This document shows, piece after piece, positions 12,286-26,150 of a stretch of DNA of 64,000 nt (positions within the stretch are counted from its first letter, which is position 1; each line of letters starts with the position of its first letter). Under the pieces are notes generated by a model. The model saw nothing but the letters and a program-made list of their open reading frames with translations, was not told the origin of the DNA and made no database searches. The position numbers were made by a program, and so were the translations under genes. This DNA is from Antechinus flavipes (lineage: Eukaryota): the NCBI RefSeq assembly GCF_016432865.1, contig NC_067403.1, positions 246,326,001 to 246,390,000 on the forward strand. The letters run 5' to 3'.

Positions 12286-12744
12286 TTAAGGAATTTCAAT
12301 ATCTATATGACTCTCTCTAGACACAAGTAATATCAAGAAAAAATTGATATTAAGGGAGGAAAGCCCATAGATTTTAATGTGTTTAATATGATTTGGGTTT
12401 TTTTAAATGCATAAGTCTTTAATGTTGAGAAAATATTTGTTTTCATTTTCTGAATGTGTTAACAAAATGGGAACACAATTTTTCCTATTTTATCTGTATT
12501 TTTGTATGTACGACAAATTAACGGAAGTTTATCAGGGCAAATTTTTTTCTTATCTGAACATAATTCTAATTTTGAAAATCCTTATCTATGTCCTTATTTA
12601 TATATAAAAAAAGAAAAAGGCAAAGACTTTCTTAATGCTTGTATTTGTATTCCCAGTGTTCAATACAATGTTTGTCACATAGTAAGCACTTAATGGAACC
12701 TTGATAATTGATTGAATATGATTCTGTAAATAATGATATTTCTT

Positions 12745-13215
12745 AAACTGGAAAAATAGTTTTACAGTTAAAGCTTCTGATAAAGGCTTCATTTCCAAAA
12801 TATATAGAGAATTGACTCTTTTTATAAGAAATCAAGCCATTCTCTAATTGATAAATGATCAAAGGATATGAACAGACAATTTTCAGATGATTGAACCCAT
12901 TTCTACTCATATGAAAGGGTGGTGCAAATCACTATTGATCAGAGAAATGCAAATTAAGACAATTCTGAGATACCACTACACACCTGTCAGATTGGCTAAG
13001 ATGACAGGAAAAGAAAATGACAAATGTTGGAGTGGATAAGGGAAAACTGGGACACTGATGCATTGTTGATGGAGTTGTAAATGGATCCAACCATTCTGGA
13101 GAACAATTTGGCTCAAAAAGTTATCAAATTGTGCCATACCCTTTGATCCAGCAGTGTTACTACTGGGCTTATATCCCAAAGAGATATTATATATAAATAT
13201 TATTGTATATAAGTG

Positions 13216-13271
<56 letters not shown>

Positions 13272-13920
13272 AAGAAGAGAAAGGGACCTGTCTGTGCCAA
13301 AATGTCTTTGGCATTTTTGTAGTGGTTAGAAACTGGAAATTGAATGGATGCCCATCAATTGGAGAATGGTCAGGTAAATTGTGGTATATGAATGTTATGG
13401 GATATTATTGTTCTGTAAGAAATGACTAACAGGATGAATACAGAGAGGCTTGGAGAGACTTACATGAACTGATGCTAAGAGAAATGAGCAGAACCAGATC
13501 ATTATACACTTCAACAATACTATATGAGGATATATTCTGATGGAAGTGGATGTCTTTGACAGTGAGAAGATCCAATTCAGTTCCAATTGATCAATAATGA
13601 ACAGAATCAACTACACCCAGAGAAAGAACACTTGGAATTGAATGTGGACTACTTGCATTTTTGTTTTTCTTCCCAGGTTATTTTTACCTTCTGAATCCAA
13701 TTTTACTTGTGCAACAAGAGAACTGTACAGCTCTGTACACATATATTGTGTTCAAGATATACTTTAACATATTTAACATGTATGAGATTGCCTGCCATCT
13801 AGGAGAGGGGGTGGAGTGAGGGAAAGGAAAACTTTGAACAGAAGTGAGTGCAAGGGGTAATGTTGAAAAATTACCCATGCATATGTTCTGTCAAAAAGCT
13901 ATAATTAAAAAAAAAATGTA
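12745..13920 (+). mobile_element. 5'-truncated L1 (ORF2 C-terminus plus 3' UTR) with internal (TA)n at about 13190-13270
   Basis: gagaaatgcaaattaagacaattctgagataccactacacacctgtcagattggctaagatgacagg; 3' UTR ending in an A tail. Confidence 0.95.
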
Positions 13921-14274
13921 ACTAGAGGAAAATATCAAATAAATTATTTTTTTAAAAAGAAAAAAAATGTTATTTCTGTGTACCATATTTATTTTTTTTT
14001 ATTTTAGACTTTTACATTCCTATCAGTTCATAGTGGTTTGAGGTTTCAATTGCTGTTGTGTTTTTTGTTCTTTTTTCCTGCAGAGAACCATCCTGTACTA
14101 TCATTTCTTCTCATTCCAAGATTATTGATTGTATTTTTTAAAATTCCTAGGGGGGAAATACTTGGTCTCTGAGCTCTTTCACAATCTCAGTTGAATAATT
14201 ACTCTTTGAAAAGTTTGAAGGTCCCCAGCAACCAAATAATAAAGATTGTATTGAGATTTTATCCAAAAAAATTA

Positions 14275-14500
14275 TGTAGCACTCGTTAAATATCAAGAAC
14301 TATTCTAAACACTTTAATAAATCTTATCTCCTTTGCTTCTTATAACCTGAGAGACAGATACTATTATAACCCACATTTTTCAGAAGAGGAAACTGGGGCA
14401 AATAGATTGGGTAAATTACCAGGTCAAATAGATAATAAGTGTCTGAGGCTGCATTTGAATTCAGGACTTCCTGACTGTAGACCCAGAGCTCTATTCAAAG
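14275..14500 (-). mobile_element. MIR SINE
   Basis: cccacatttttcagaagaggaaactggggc...gtgtctgaggctgcatttgaattcagg. Confidence 0.75.
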
Positions 14501-16388
14501 ACCAAACTTGGTCTTTCCAAGGTGTCCATTGACACCTTTCCAATGGGGATCATAAGAACAACTGTGTTCTAGAGTTGTTGTAAGTAAAATGTAAAGTACT
14601 TATCAAAATGCCTGTACATATGGATCCTTAATAGAATGTTGTATCCTTCTTCTAACCTGAAAGAGTGGAACAATAATAGTATATGTGTTTTTTTGTGGTT
14701 ATTTGGAGAATCAAATAACAAATGCGTAACTCTCAAATAACTTCATTAGCTACATTAAGAAAATGTGAAATTGTTTTGTTTTGTTTTAATACCATGTTTA
14801 TTCATGAAAAGGAATCTAGTATGAAATAAACATATTTAACCTAATAGATCAAGAAATATTTACAGGAAATTTTTGCTTCTTTTTTTATTTTCATAGTTTT
14901 AAATTTTTATTAAACCTTGTAGAACTCATTTCCTTTCTTTGAGCCTGCTATTCATCTGTTAGATGATTGAGTCAGACAAAATGGTCCTTATGGGTTCCTC
15001 TGTTCTTACAACATATGAGATGAGCCTATAATTTTATATTGTGATAGAGGATTATTTCAAAGATCTCTTTAAAATTCCCAATGTTAATAACATACCTTAT
15101 TTTCAAATATTCTATAGCTGAAATTTCCCTAATTTAGTATATATTCATTCTTAATTATTCCAAATTGAAGAATTTTTTTCATTTTAATAAAGTTCAACTT
15201 TAATGTCTCGTGACAATGTGAAAATGTCTCTAGATTCTCAAATCCTGTGATGGAAAAATAGCAACGGAAAGAAGGAAGGGAGGATGGAAAGGATGGAGAA
15301 AGAGAAGGAAGAAAAAAAAGGAGAGGGGGAGGGAGCAATAATGGAGGGACAAAGTGAGGAACAATGGAGGTTAAAGATAGGGGAGGTACAAGGAAGGGAG
15401 AGAGGGAAGAAAGAAAAAGGGGTATATATAGAGAGAGATAGAGAGACAGAGAGACAGAGACAGAGACAAGGACAGAGACTGAGACTGAGACAGCAAGAAA
15501 TGAAGGAAGGAAAGATCTAGTTTTTTTTGAAAATTACATAGAAGACAATAAAAAAATGGTTGAAAAGAATAGCAAACTAAAAGGGCAAATTCCTTGTTTT
15601 TTTTTTTTTTAATTTAACATCTATTTCTTAAAAAAACAATAAATACTTTTATGTTTTGTATATGACAAGTTCATGATTCCCTATAAAATCCTCTTTTTTT
15701 CTTCTTTCTATATCAAATTTTTTCTTTTTTAATAATTGAGAAATATGTAATTAAAAAAAGAAAATTTAAAAGAATGGCTACCAAGGGAGAGGAGAGGCTC
15801 TCTGTTGGTACAAAGGCTTACTATTGCATAAACAATAAGTGATGTCAGGGAGGTAGTTAAGTGTTGTGATGAATATTAGATTTGAAGTCAAGAGCCCACT
15901 ACAAAATTTGCCTCAGACACTTATTACGGTTATTGTGAACTTTAAATGAGATAATATTTGTAAATGGGTTTCATGGACTCTATAATATAGTGAATGTCTC
16001 TTTTTCCATACCCTTCATTTAACCCTTCCTTCCTCAAAGCCTAGAAGATCTGAGATGAAATCTTACCTCTCTGTGTGTGACTTAGGACAAGTCATTTAAC
16101 CTTAAAAAGTTGCTCTCCTTAACTCTTTAGAAGAAAAATTGCATCAAAGATGCCAACTTGTCTTGGTAAAGGCAAAACACCTTTGCTTGCAGAATTTCTT
16201 GGACCAAGAAAACAAAAGGGCCAGGCTCAATCCTGTATATATCCAGTCATCAGAATTGGTTTTTGATTAGTTTAGAAAATATAATGAGCTGAAGTAGATG
16301 CTATATTTGGTTGCAAAATTTCTACCATTTACTTACATAATCTATATCAATCAATAATTTTGGACTCTTTCAGGATAAACTTTGTGTG
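14453..16388 (+). repeat. Segmental duplication, copy 2 (about 550 bp at 14700-15250 has no counterpart in copy 1)
   Basis: 14453-14700 aligns to about 1-230 and 15504-16388 aligns to about 404-1395; both copies carry a purine-rich repeat at the same position. Confidence 0.9.
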
Positions 16389-17266
16389 ATTTCTTGTGGA
16401 AGGTTTCTGATAAGGAATCATTATTCTAAGCCTTTTGTTTATATACACAAATCTACTACAAATGTTCTATATGTCTATTTTGATTTGCTCTTGGTTGCTT
16501 TGATATGTATGCTATTGGTATTGTTGTCATTCTTTGGGGCATTATTGTTTTTACAGAAATTGAAGAATATTCCCAAGTAACTAAAATATTAATGAAATAA
16601 CATTAAAAGAATGTCAAGATAATAATTTAATTATTATGTAACTATAATTAAATATCATGTAAAATAATATTATTCTATTCTATCTAAGCTTCAAAGCATA
16701 TTGAAATGGGACTTTTCTATTGTTAGTGGAGATAAAAATGCATACCTAATTATAATTATCAAAATTGGTCCTGAAGAATAGATGCTAAACACTTTTTTTC
16801 TCTTCCTAGAGTCAGTTGTAAGTTCATAAGTAAAAGATGTTTTCTGTGCTGCCAAAAGTGATCTATATAACAATGTTTTGCTCACTTTAAAAAATGATTA
16901 ATGGTTTGATAGAAAATAGCTAATTTATTAATTATTATTTTTAAACGAATGGGTGGGAATAAATAATAACTAAGATACTGGCTGCTTTTAAATAGTGAAA
17001 ACTACAATAAGCAAAATGGCAAAAAGTCATTCTTTCATCCTAAAACATTAAGAAGCACATTCAAACACAAAATGTTGATATAATATATTATAATATATTA
17101 ATATAATATATTGTACAACATTTTAAATATGCTAAAATGATATAGTTTTGAATTAGGATTATAGAATAATTTCTCTACCCTAAAAAATTATTTTTTAGTG
17201 TTTAGAGAAAAATTTTAATAAAGATATTACCTATATTATTTTTATTTACTTTTCTACAACTTCTGT

Positions 17267-18199
17267 TTAGGAAACACATATTCGATCTCTCATTTTCTTT
17301 AAGGCTTCTTTGACATCTTTGTTCCTAAAGCTGTAGATCATTGGGTTTAACATGGGCATTGCCACAGTATAGAACACAGACACAATTTTATCCCTCTCCA
17401 GAGAGTAACTAGTACTAGGACGGGAATAAATGTAGAGAATGGAACCATAGTATAGGGTCACAGCTGTCAGGTGGGAACCACATGTTGAGAAGGCTTTAAG
17501 TCTGCCCTGGGTAGAACGAATCCTCAAAATGGCAGCAATGATGAAGAGGTAGGAAGCCAGGATGAGAACAGTAGGACTGATGACATTGGAGGCGAGGATG
17601 AAATAGAGCACACTCTGGTAACTGTCCTTCACATCACAAGCCAGTTTCACCAGTGGGGGCAGATCACAAAAAAAGTCATCAATTACATTACCCTTACAGA
17701 AAGTCAGGGTGAATGTTTCACTTGTAATGATAATGGAGTTAATAAAGCCTCCAATATAAGAAGCTGCTACGAGATAGGAAGATAATCTTGGGGACATAGC
17801 CTGGGAGTAGAGCAGTGGCTTTGAAATGGCAACATAACGGTCATATGCCATGGTGGCCAACAAGTAACATTCACTGTATGCTAACCCAGCTGAGAAGAAA
17901 AACTGAGCTAGACAAGCAGCAAAGGAAATACTCTTGTCATCAGAGATACATGTCAACATGATTTTGGGGGTATAAACACTGGAATACCAGAGATCCAAAA
18001 AAGACAAGTTTCCAATAAAGAAATACATGGCTGTGTAGAGCCGGGAGTCTGTACAAATTAATGTAATCAGAGTAATGTTTCCTACCACTGTCATGAAATA
18101 TATTAGAAGGAATACCACAAAGAGAACCAGCTGGATCACAGGGTCTGTGGTAAAACCCACAAGAATGAATTCTGTTACAGTGTGATTAACTTTCTCCAT
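17267..18199 (-). CDS. OR9G1-like: Olfactory receptor, family 9 subfamily G (OR9G1-like), 310 aa, open frame with two motif substitutions
   Basis: [77 protein letters not shown]; closely resembles OR9G1. LHTPMY reads LYTAMY and SLRN reads SFRN. Confidence 0.93.
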   Translation of the reverse strand: MEKVNHTVTEFILVGFTTDPVIQLVLFVVFLLIYFMTVVGNITLITLICTDSRLYTAMYFFIGNLSFLDLWYSSVYTPKIMLTCISDDKSISFAACLAQFFFSAGLAYSECYLLATMAYDRYVAISKPLLYSQAMSPRLSSYLVAASYIGGFINSIIITSETFTLTFCKGNVIDDFFCDLPPLVKLACDVKDSYQSVLYFILASNVISPTVLILASYLFIIAAILRIRSTQGRLKAFSTCGSHLTAVTLYYGSILYIYSRPSTSYSLERDKIVSVFYTVAMPMLNPMIYSFRNKDVKEALKKMRDRICVS

Positions 18200-18383
18200 G
18201 TTTAAGGGGAAAAAGAATTCCTATGAATTAAAGAGTTTTCTAAAAGAACTGTTTGCTTTGGGATATAATAGGACACCTAGAACAGGCCATTAGCAGGAAG
18301 TTATATTTTCACTTATTGGGAACCTTGGGTAAGTAGTATTTGATGTTCTCCAACTCTTCAGTTTTGTGATTCTGTAATCTGAT

Positions 18384-18412
18384 CTATATGTGGAAGAGAA
18401 AAAAAGACAGGC
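18384..18412 (-). promoter_or_regulatory. Candidate splice acceptor of the second OR9G-like coding exon
   Basis: Minus strand reads ctgtctttttttctcttccacatatag|atcag, about 185 nt upstream of the ATG at 18199. Confidence 0.5.
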
Positions 18413-18629
18413 TTAGAATAATTGTATCTGTGCTTTTGAAAAGAATATTTAAAATTACATCAGAACCTGAAATGCAAGATGAAGGAATAAAAACGGAATC
18501 CATATGGGCAGGCTGCTTTCCTCACTGCTTCCTACTAAAAACAAAGTTTCAAGAATTAAACAATCAAGTTGAGAAATAGAGCTGGCTAAGAAGTCCCTCT
18601 CCAGCCTATAACAAAGGTGTGATTCTTAA

Positions 18630-19170
18630 CTTATCATTCTCCTTCATTCCACCATACTCAATCAATTGTCAAAATCTGTCAATTTTACCTTTATAATATC
18701 TCGCATCCACTTTCTTTTCTGACACTGACATCACTCTAATGCATATCATTGACATCTCTTCCTTGGACTATTGCAAAAAGCTGCTGGTTGGTCTACTTAG
18801 CACAAGTGTTTCTAACTCAAATCTATTCTCTGCTTAGCGGTCAAAAGGATTTTTGGAACGTACTTGATTGACCATATAAACCGTCTCAATAAACTCCAAT
18901 GGCTCTCTATCACCTCCAGGATATAAATCTAAAATATTCTTTTTAGTATTCAAAGTCTTTCACAATGTGACCCCTTATATTTCCAATCTTTTACTTTATT
19001 CATCTCTCTGTAGTCTGTAATGCAGTAATACTGGTTTCATACTGTTCTTCAAACAGAAAACTCCATCCCCTGATTCGGCTAATCCCATAACTGGAATGTT
19101 CCCCTTCTCTTCTTTGCCTCTTGAATTAAGACTTTCTTTTACTTTTTTTGTATTTCTAGTGCTTAGCTCT
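18630..19170 (+). mobile_element. L2 LINE fragment
   Basis: L2 3' region (cttggactattgcaaaaagctgctggttggtc...aactccaatggctctctatcacctccagga). Confidence 0.7.
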
Positions 19171-20219
19171 ATATACCTATAGTTTGTGGTTTGAAATCTG
19201 TATTGTCTAATTTATTTCTGAGGATGCAATTTATATGATGGCTTAAAATATAGGGATGAAAAAATACTGGCCAGCAATAGAGTATACCTAACAAAATCTG
19301 GTAAGAATCGATTTACCAAGACTCATGCAATTAAAATGGCTTCAATATGATAAAATATGGGGGAGTATGTATATCACCCAGGTTAGATACTAGAGAATTA
19401 GAAAAGCTCCAGTAATAAAATACATGATCTCAAATGTTTGTGTTGTAATGTCCAATTTTTAGGCAACAACAACAACAACAACAATGACAATAACAAAAAA
19501 GAAAAACTAGAAGTCATAACAAAAGGAGGCAAACTTAAATACATTTATCTATCCATATCCATATTCATATCTATATTTATATCTATATCCATATCTATAT
19601 CTATATATGTATACATATATAAAGAGAGAGAAAGAGAGAGACAGAGAAAAAGAGAGACAGTGACACAGAGAGATTTTCCCCACTGGGACTTGATGGAATA
19701 AAACCAATTATACAAGAATCAAGGGGAGTAAAGATGTTGGAAAATTGGGAATAAAGTTCAGTAAAGTTCATTCATTGGAGCAGAATACAGAATGTTTTGA
19801 CAATAAGAGAATAAAAGTGAGCATTTCAATTGTATAAATATTTAATGAATCTTTCTCTCCATCAAAATAGAGGAAGTAATGAATTCTTTTCTTCTCTTGG
19901 TGGTGATGTCATATTCCATAAATAGGAAGAAACAAAGAAGAAAAATCCGTTTTGTATCTAACTCTCATTAAATTATATTTGGAACAAAAATGATTTGATT
20001 AGGAAGAGATAACTTCATTTCAGGCTTTGTTACAAATAAAGTCAGTCAGGTGTTGCAGGTTAGAATCTAAAAAAGGAGATGTCAGAAATTTAAGAGGAAA
20101 AATTGGTTGGATCTCATAGAGTAATAAGTGCTATTGGGGAAGCTAGCCCTAGAGGCCAAGAAAATTATTAAGAATGAAATTCTGAAGATGCAAATGGAAA
20201 AATAATTCCATTTAGGATT

Positions 20220-20490
20220 TAAACAATAAATATGCATTAACTGCCTACTACATATCAGATACTGTACTAAACTCTGAGCATACGAAAGGGAACAAAAGAA
20301 AAATCCTGCCCTTAAGAAGCTAACAATCTAATGGAGAGACAACAGACAAATATTACAAAATGAGCTCTATACAGATTAAATAATAATTAAGAAGGTTTTG
20401 TTCCTGTAGAAAATGGGATTTTGGTTAGGAGTTACTGGAAGTCAAGAAAGGCAGTAGGCAAAAATGAATAGGGAGGGCATTCCAGGTCTA
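20220..20490 (-). mobile_element. L2 3' end
   Basis: tatgcattaactgcctactacatatcagatactgtactaa...cctgcccttaagaagctaacaatctaatgg. Confidence 0.7.
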
Positions 20491-20864
20491 TGAGACAAAA
20501 AAAAAGTGAGATTTGTATGAATAGACTGATATGGTCATATTTGTACATATAATATATACATATGGATATTTGCATGTGTGTATGTATGTATATGTAATAT
20601 CTCTATCAGCATATTTTTTTCAAAAACTGTACAAAGATGGAAGTAAGATTCAAGAGAATAGAGGACAAAAATAAATAATAATGATATTAAATAAATTTAT
20701 ATACAATTTTGGATTTTATGAAAAACATTATATGTATTATCTCAGTTGATAAATACTATATCATGCTGTAGTTCTTTCAAGATAACATTAGTAATACTAA
20801 ACCTCATAATTAAGCTGAGGCTAATGAATGAAATATTGTATTAAGTTCTAAGAGCTGAAGGAAG

Positions 20865-20950
20865 GAAGGGGAAAAAAAAGGAAGGAAGGAAGGAAGGAAG
20901 GAAGAAAGGAAAGAAGGAAGGAAAGGAGGAAAAGAAGAAGAGATGGAAGG
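20865..20950. repeat. (GGAA)n microsatellite
   Basis: Direct inspection. Confidence 0.9.
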
Positions 20951-20970
20951 ACTGACAATTCATAAAGAAA

Positions 20971-21160
20971 GTCATTAATTGACCCATGGAATACAGGTAG
21001 AATACTGATGGGAAGATAATCGGTCCAAAATCCTAGGAAGATTTGAAATTTGCAAAGATCTCCTTAGCCAATCAGGAACAGAGAAAGAGATCAAGACCAA
21101 ATTAAAGTTTAGGTTTCTATTTTTCCCCTAAAGCACTTTCTTCTCACGGGAGTTTGCCAA
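20971..21160. promoter_or_regulatory. Candidate homeodomain/EBF site cluster upstream of OR9G-like 17267-18199
   Basis: TCATTAATTGACCCATGGAA at 20972-20991 and a degenerate EBF site tctcacgggag near 21142. Confidence 0.4.
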
Positions 21161-24100
21161 ACACTCTACTTATTCCAACCTTTCAAATAACTTTTATTTT
21201 CTAGTTTGTTTATTTATAGATGATCCCTGAGCATGGCAAGTTACCTTGACTTATCCAAATATGATTCTAACACAATTAGCTCTCCAATTCAAAAGATTTT
21301 TTTTTCTTTCTTAGTATAAACTCTATTATCTTTCCTAGTTATATTGTCAAGCCTAAATTGGAGTATGGTGAGTTGGTTTTGACCTCACTCTTACATTGGT
21401 ATTTTGTATTTATATATCTTCTCTTATGTCTTATCCATCCTGAATAATATAAGTTCTTTGAAGGTAAAGACTTTTTTTTTAATAGTATACTCAGTATCTA
21501 GCATTCTATCTCTAACTAGCACGAAGCAGACAATAAATGATTGTTAACTCACCTTATATATCATCAGCTTATCATAAATGCATGTTGAGTGTCTCCAGAT
21601 GGCATATCCACATTGTCAGTCCTTCGTGTAGTGAGGAATTACTACCATCCATTTAGTAACTAGGAAAGGAACCCTGAATTCTGCTTAATCTCCAGAAATC
21701 ACCGAGAGTCAATCCAACCAGATTTGTGTTACACTATCTCCTTTCTTCCATCTTCAAGCTTCATATTCCCAGATAAGCAGTCAGAAATTATCCACAGATA
21801 GAAAAGAGATGCTCAACCTTTCCCATGTCAGTATGACTCATGAGAATATATCTTTCTCTAAAGCATGCAGAAATCTCCATGAATGCTAATTCACTCTGAA
21901 TTAATGTCTATTTACTGACACATCACTAAGCCCTATGTCTTATACTCCTTCTATCACTTACCTCTTCAGCTAAATGTTCTTTTCTGCCAGTTATGACAAA
22001 AGTATGTGGAATTAAATAGGGAAAATTTATTCCTCTTCAAAACTCTTTAAGATGCTTTAATAAATCTTACAGAAATTGAAGGAAGAAGGATGACATTTCT
22101 AAATAAACCAATAGGAAGAGCTAATTGACTCTGATTTCTAAATTACAATTTCTTGCTTATTTCTCCATCAGAGATAACATAATTTGGAATAATGGGATTG
22201 CAAATCATTTTCAGAAATAGTTAGCCTATATGACTGTGAGGTTGTCAAAGCTTATTTTCATCTCTTGCAGACCTTTATTTTGTGCCTGTCTCCAAAATTC
22301 TCAATCCCTAATGTTCTCTTAACCTACTAGATAGCTACCCAGTGGTCTTTTGTCAAAATATGTATATGGAAACTTTGATCCAATCACTATCTTATATTGT
22401 GGAGAACCTTCCATTAAACATAAAATGTTTTTTCTTTCTTCCCTAGAATCCTTAGTTTCTGCCACCAAATCTGATTCCATCAAACATAGTAGAGTTTTGA
22501 GTGTGACTGGGATACTGTGCTTACCCCCTCAAGTGATAATTTTATATCTTAATTTTGACTTTTTAAGGTGATAATGATTAATTAATGAGTCCAATGACAT
22601 TTTAGATATATTCTACTTTGAAGAATCAATGCTTGCAAAAACAAGATGTATATGTACATCTGTATGTATATTCCATCCCATTAACTGGAATTAAAAAAAA
22701 AAAAACTTACCAATAACTGCAGGAGTGTGAATATCACAACAGAACCTAAATTTATGGATAACACAGCATTTATATATCTGTTCTTATATCCCCAGAGTAA
22801 TAACAGACTATAATCAGAAGAATTAGATTCCTAATCCTTAGAGATCTATGTCCTGGCAAGTATTTGAAAAGATAATTATACAAAATAATATTTTATATGA
22901 TTCCAGACAATTATTTTCATATGAAATAATGAGGCATTGGCTTAGAAATAATGAAAGAACATAGAAAGTTAATTCTTTGAATGTAAAAGGTCAGAGGTAG
23001 ATGTTGTCTTAGAAAATAGAATATCAATTATGGAAGGAATCTTATAACAGAAAAAATCAGGACTGGAAAGAGCCTTGGAACATAGAATGACAATACTGGA
23101 AATGGTGAGAAAACACATAAAGTCAAAATTAGAAAGAAAATTTTAATGAAATATCATTTTAAAAGGGTTTTCAGAACCTAAAATGTAAAACCTACACAGC
23201 TTCTTAGGACATGGGATATCAAAGCTAGAAAAGAGTATGTAACATAGACCACAGAATTTCTAGTTAAAAGGGAATTTCAAATATAAAATATCAGATCAGA
23301 AAGTGACCTCAATAATCACTAAACTCAATGTGTTCATTCTAAAGAGAATGGCAAAGTAACATGTTGGTGACCTCCTTACTCCCTGCCCTTATCTCTATAT
23401 CAAAACATTCCAGCTTCTATTATCTGAATATATATATATATTATATATATATATATCATATATATCTCATACAGGTATATTTCCTTATATGAATTGAAGT
23501 AAAATTCAGATAGCAAAGAATCATCCCTGCAGAGTAATTAGAGTGATGTAGAAAGATAAGAAGGATTCTTCTTGGAGAAAAGCTCTAAATGACAAACACA
23601 ATTGTTTTTGATATCTGAAGGAATAGGAACCCATTTTAGTTCTTCAAAAGAGATATGACAAGATTAGACCTGAACTTGAGGTAAATGATGATTTGTGGAG
23701 GCGGGTGGATTGAAGTAGGAGGACCCTTGTAGACCTTCAACTTATGTAGTTGTTTTCATTTTATTTCTCTGATTAGAATGTGAGCTCTCTGAAGGCAGGA
23801 ATTGTTTTTCCCTTTCTTTTTAATTCTAATACTTAATGAATCTTCTGAACCACAAAGCGTTCTTAACATATTCCCAGTAACTGATTACCCACATAATCAT
23901 TCAAGGAGTAATTATTAGCCACTAATCATGTGCAGAGTGCCATGTTAATTCTGTGAAAGATAAAAAATAAATAGTTAATCTCTAGTTCTTGCTCTCAGGC
24001 ACACCCAATTATTGAGGACATGAATACATTTAATTCTAATGCAGAAAGTTACATGAAAAATTCATTGGAAGGATGAAAAACTAGGAACAGAATACCAACT

Positions 24101-24723
24101 ATGATGGGAAATCCTTCCTTTGGAAAGTTATTTAGCAACAGAATGCATAGTAGTTTAAAGGTTTATAATTATAGCCTTATAATCCCAATATCTACAGCTC
24201 CTAGAGTTTTGAACACAATAAGGGACAGTATGACTTGATATGACAATTGTAAATCTAGCAAGGCAGATACTATATTCCTACTTATGGTCCTACTCTGGTA
24301 CTAAGATTAATATTTGGGAGAGATAGACAGAAAGAGAGAGACAAAGAAACAAATAGGGAGGGATGTTTCTCCCCAAGTCAGCATGGAAGAGGGAATTAGC
24401 ACTGAGTTTTGATTCAGGAGACTTGAGGCTATATAAAAGCTCATTTGGGAAGAAGAAATGCTGGTCAAATCCTCTTAACTTTTCTGGGCCTTAGTTTCAT
24501 TGTCTATACAATGAAGAAGCTAGACTCTAAAATTTCTCCTATCCTTAATATCTTTTTATCTTTCATTTATATCAATTTTCCAAGAGACAGGGAAAGACAG
24601 AGATACACAGAGAGACAGAAACAGACACAAACACAGAGGTAGACAAAAATAGAGACAGACACACAGAAAGAGTTTATAGATGATATAAAGATAGCCTTAG
24701 ATATATTATTCTATAGGTATTTA

Positions 24724-25086
24724 TGTGGGACTGGGAAGGTAGATCTCCCCCTTTATCCAAATTGGCCACTCAGAGTCATCCCTAGATACAAACAGAAAGC
24801 CTTTATTTGGTTCTTGCAAGAAGCAGGCCAGCACACTCTTTAGGCGTCTAGTAGGATGTGGCCCAGTGCAGAGGCAGAAGCTGGGTTATACAGCCAAAAA
24901 CTATAAGTCCTCCCTTTATCCTGTTGAATTTTAAATTCATTGGTTGAACTGAATTCTTCAGGAACATGCAAAAGGACTGTTAGCCAATGTACTACAATGT
25001 CTCCCTTTTTTGCATGAGCAAGCTGAAACTTGTTAGGGTCTGATCTACTTTTCCCTGTAGTCTCTGAGAAATCTTTACTTGTCCCA
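24724..25086 (-). mobile_element. Probable solo ERV LTR
   Basis: About 360-bp block less AT-rich than its flanks, with TG...CA ends and short terminal inverted repeat (tgggac / gtccca). Minus strand has a TATA-like element (about 24886) followed by AATAAA (about 24803). The TSD is not clean. Confidence 0.5.
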
Positions 25087-26054
25087 TTTCTATCTCTCTA
25101 GTTATCTACATATATTTGTGCGTGTGTATGTGTGTATTTGTGTATGTGTTTATATTCTGCATGGCACAAAACCAAAACAAACAAAAAATACCTTTTATCT
25201 CTAGCTCAGTTTCTCTGTCCTTCCAACCAGACACACTAGCATCAGTTGGTTTTGTCCCACTGCACTGCAAAAAGTACTAGTTGTAGAATCGTAACATCTG
25301 ATCAAGCAAACAAAGTATATATCTTCTTGGAACTTCAGTTTACTGAATTGGAAAACAGGCACAACCTACCTTAAATGGTTGAAGTTAGAAAAGTGCATTA
25401 TCAAAATGCGAATTATACATAGGTGGATAAAAGTTGAATAGCTACTCAGCATATTTTCAGAAGAATTATGAGAATAGTAGCTAGATTATACAATCAATAG
25501 AATTCAAATGTGATAGTTCAATATGTTACAAGTTATGTAAAACTGGAAACATCATCTAAACTCTAATTCAGTTTTTTAAAATATAAAGTCCTACCAAAAA
25601 CATGGATCCCACCAATAATATCATGTACAAAACCAAGGATTTTCCTGCCAGAGTTTGTAGACCTTTGTTGATGAGAACTCCTTTCATCATAAAGTCAGTC
25701 ATTACATTTTGAGATAACTCTATTCACTTAACAAGGTCTGAGTTATTCTACTCGGCCACAGTCTATATAGGTCCTGACTTTGAAGAGCCAGAGAAGGGTC
25801 TATCTTCAAGCCTTTAATTTCCCTCAGAAAAATATTTATCATCATCATTATCAATGAACACCAATGTTCATTTTTACCCCAACAACTAATTCAGCAGTAA
25901 AACAATGAAAACAAAATGAGATAAAATTAACATGCTATAATTGTCAGAATTAAGTAGAAGAGAATTTAATGAAATTGGATGGAATGAATAGAATGTAACT
26001 TTTTGTCTTTATTTTTGTTTCTGTATTCTAAATGCCAACCATGAAGTCGGATGG

Positions 26055-26150
26055 ATGGTTGGATAGATGTATGGATGAATGGACCGACGGATGCATGGAT
26101 AGATGGATGGATGGATGGATGGATGGATATATCAATGGATATATGGATGG
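26055..26150. repeat. (GGAT)n microsatellite
   Basis: Direct inspection. Confidence 0.9.
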
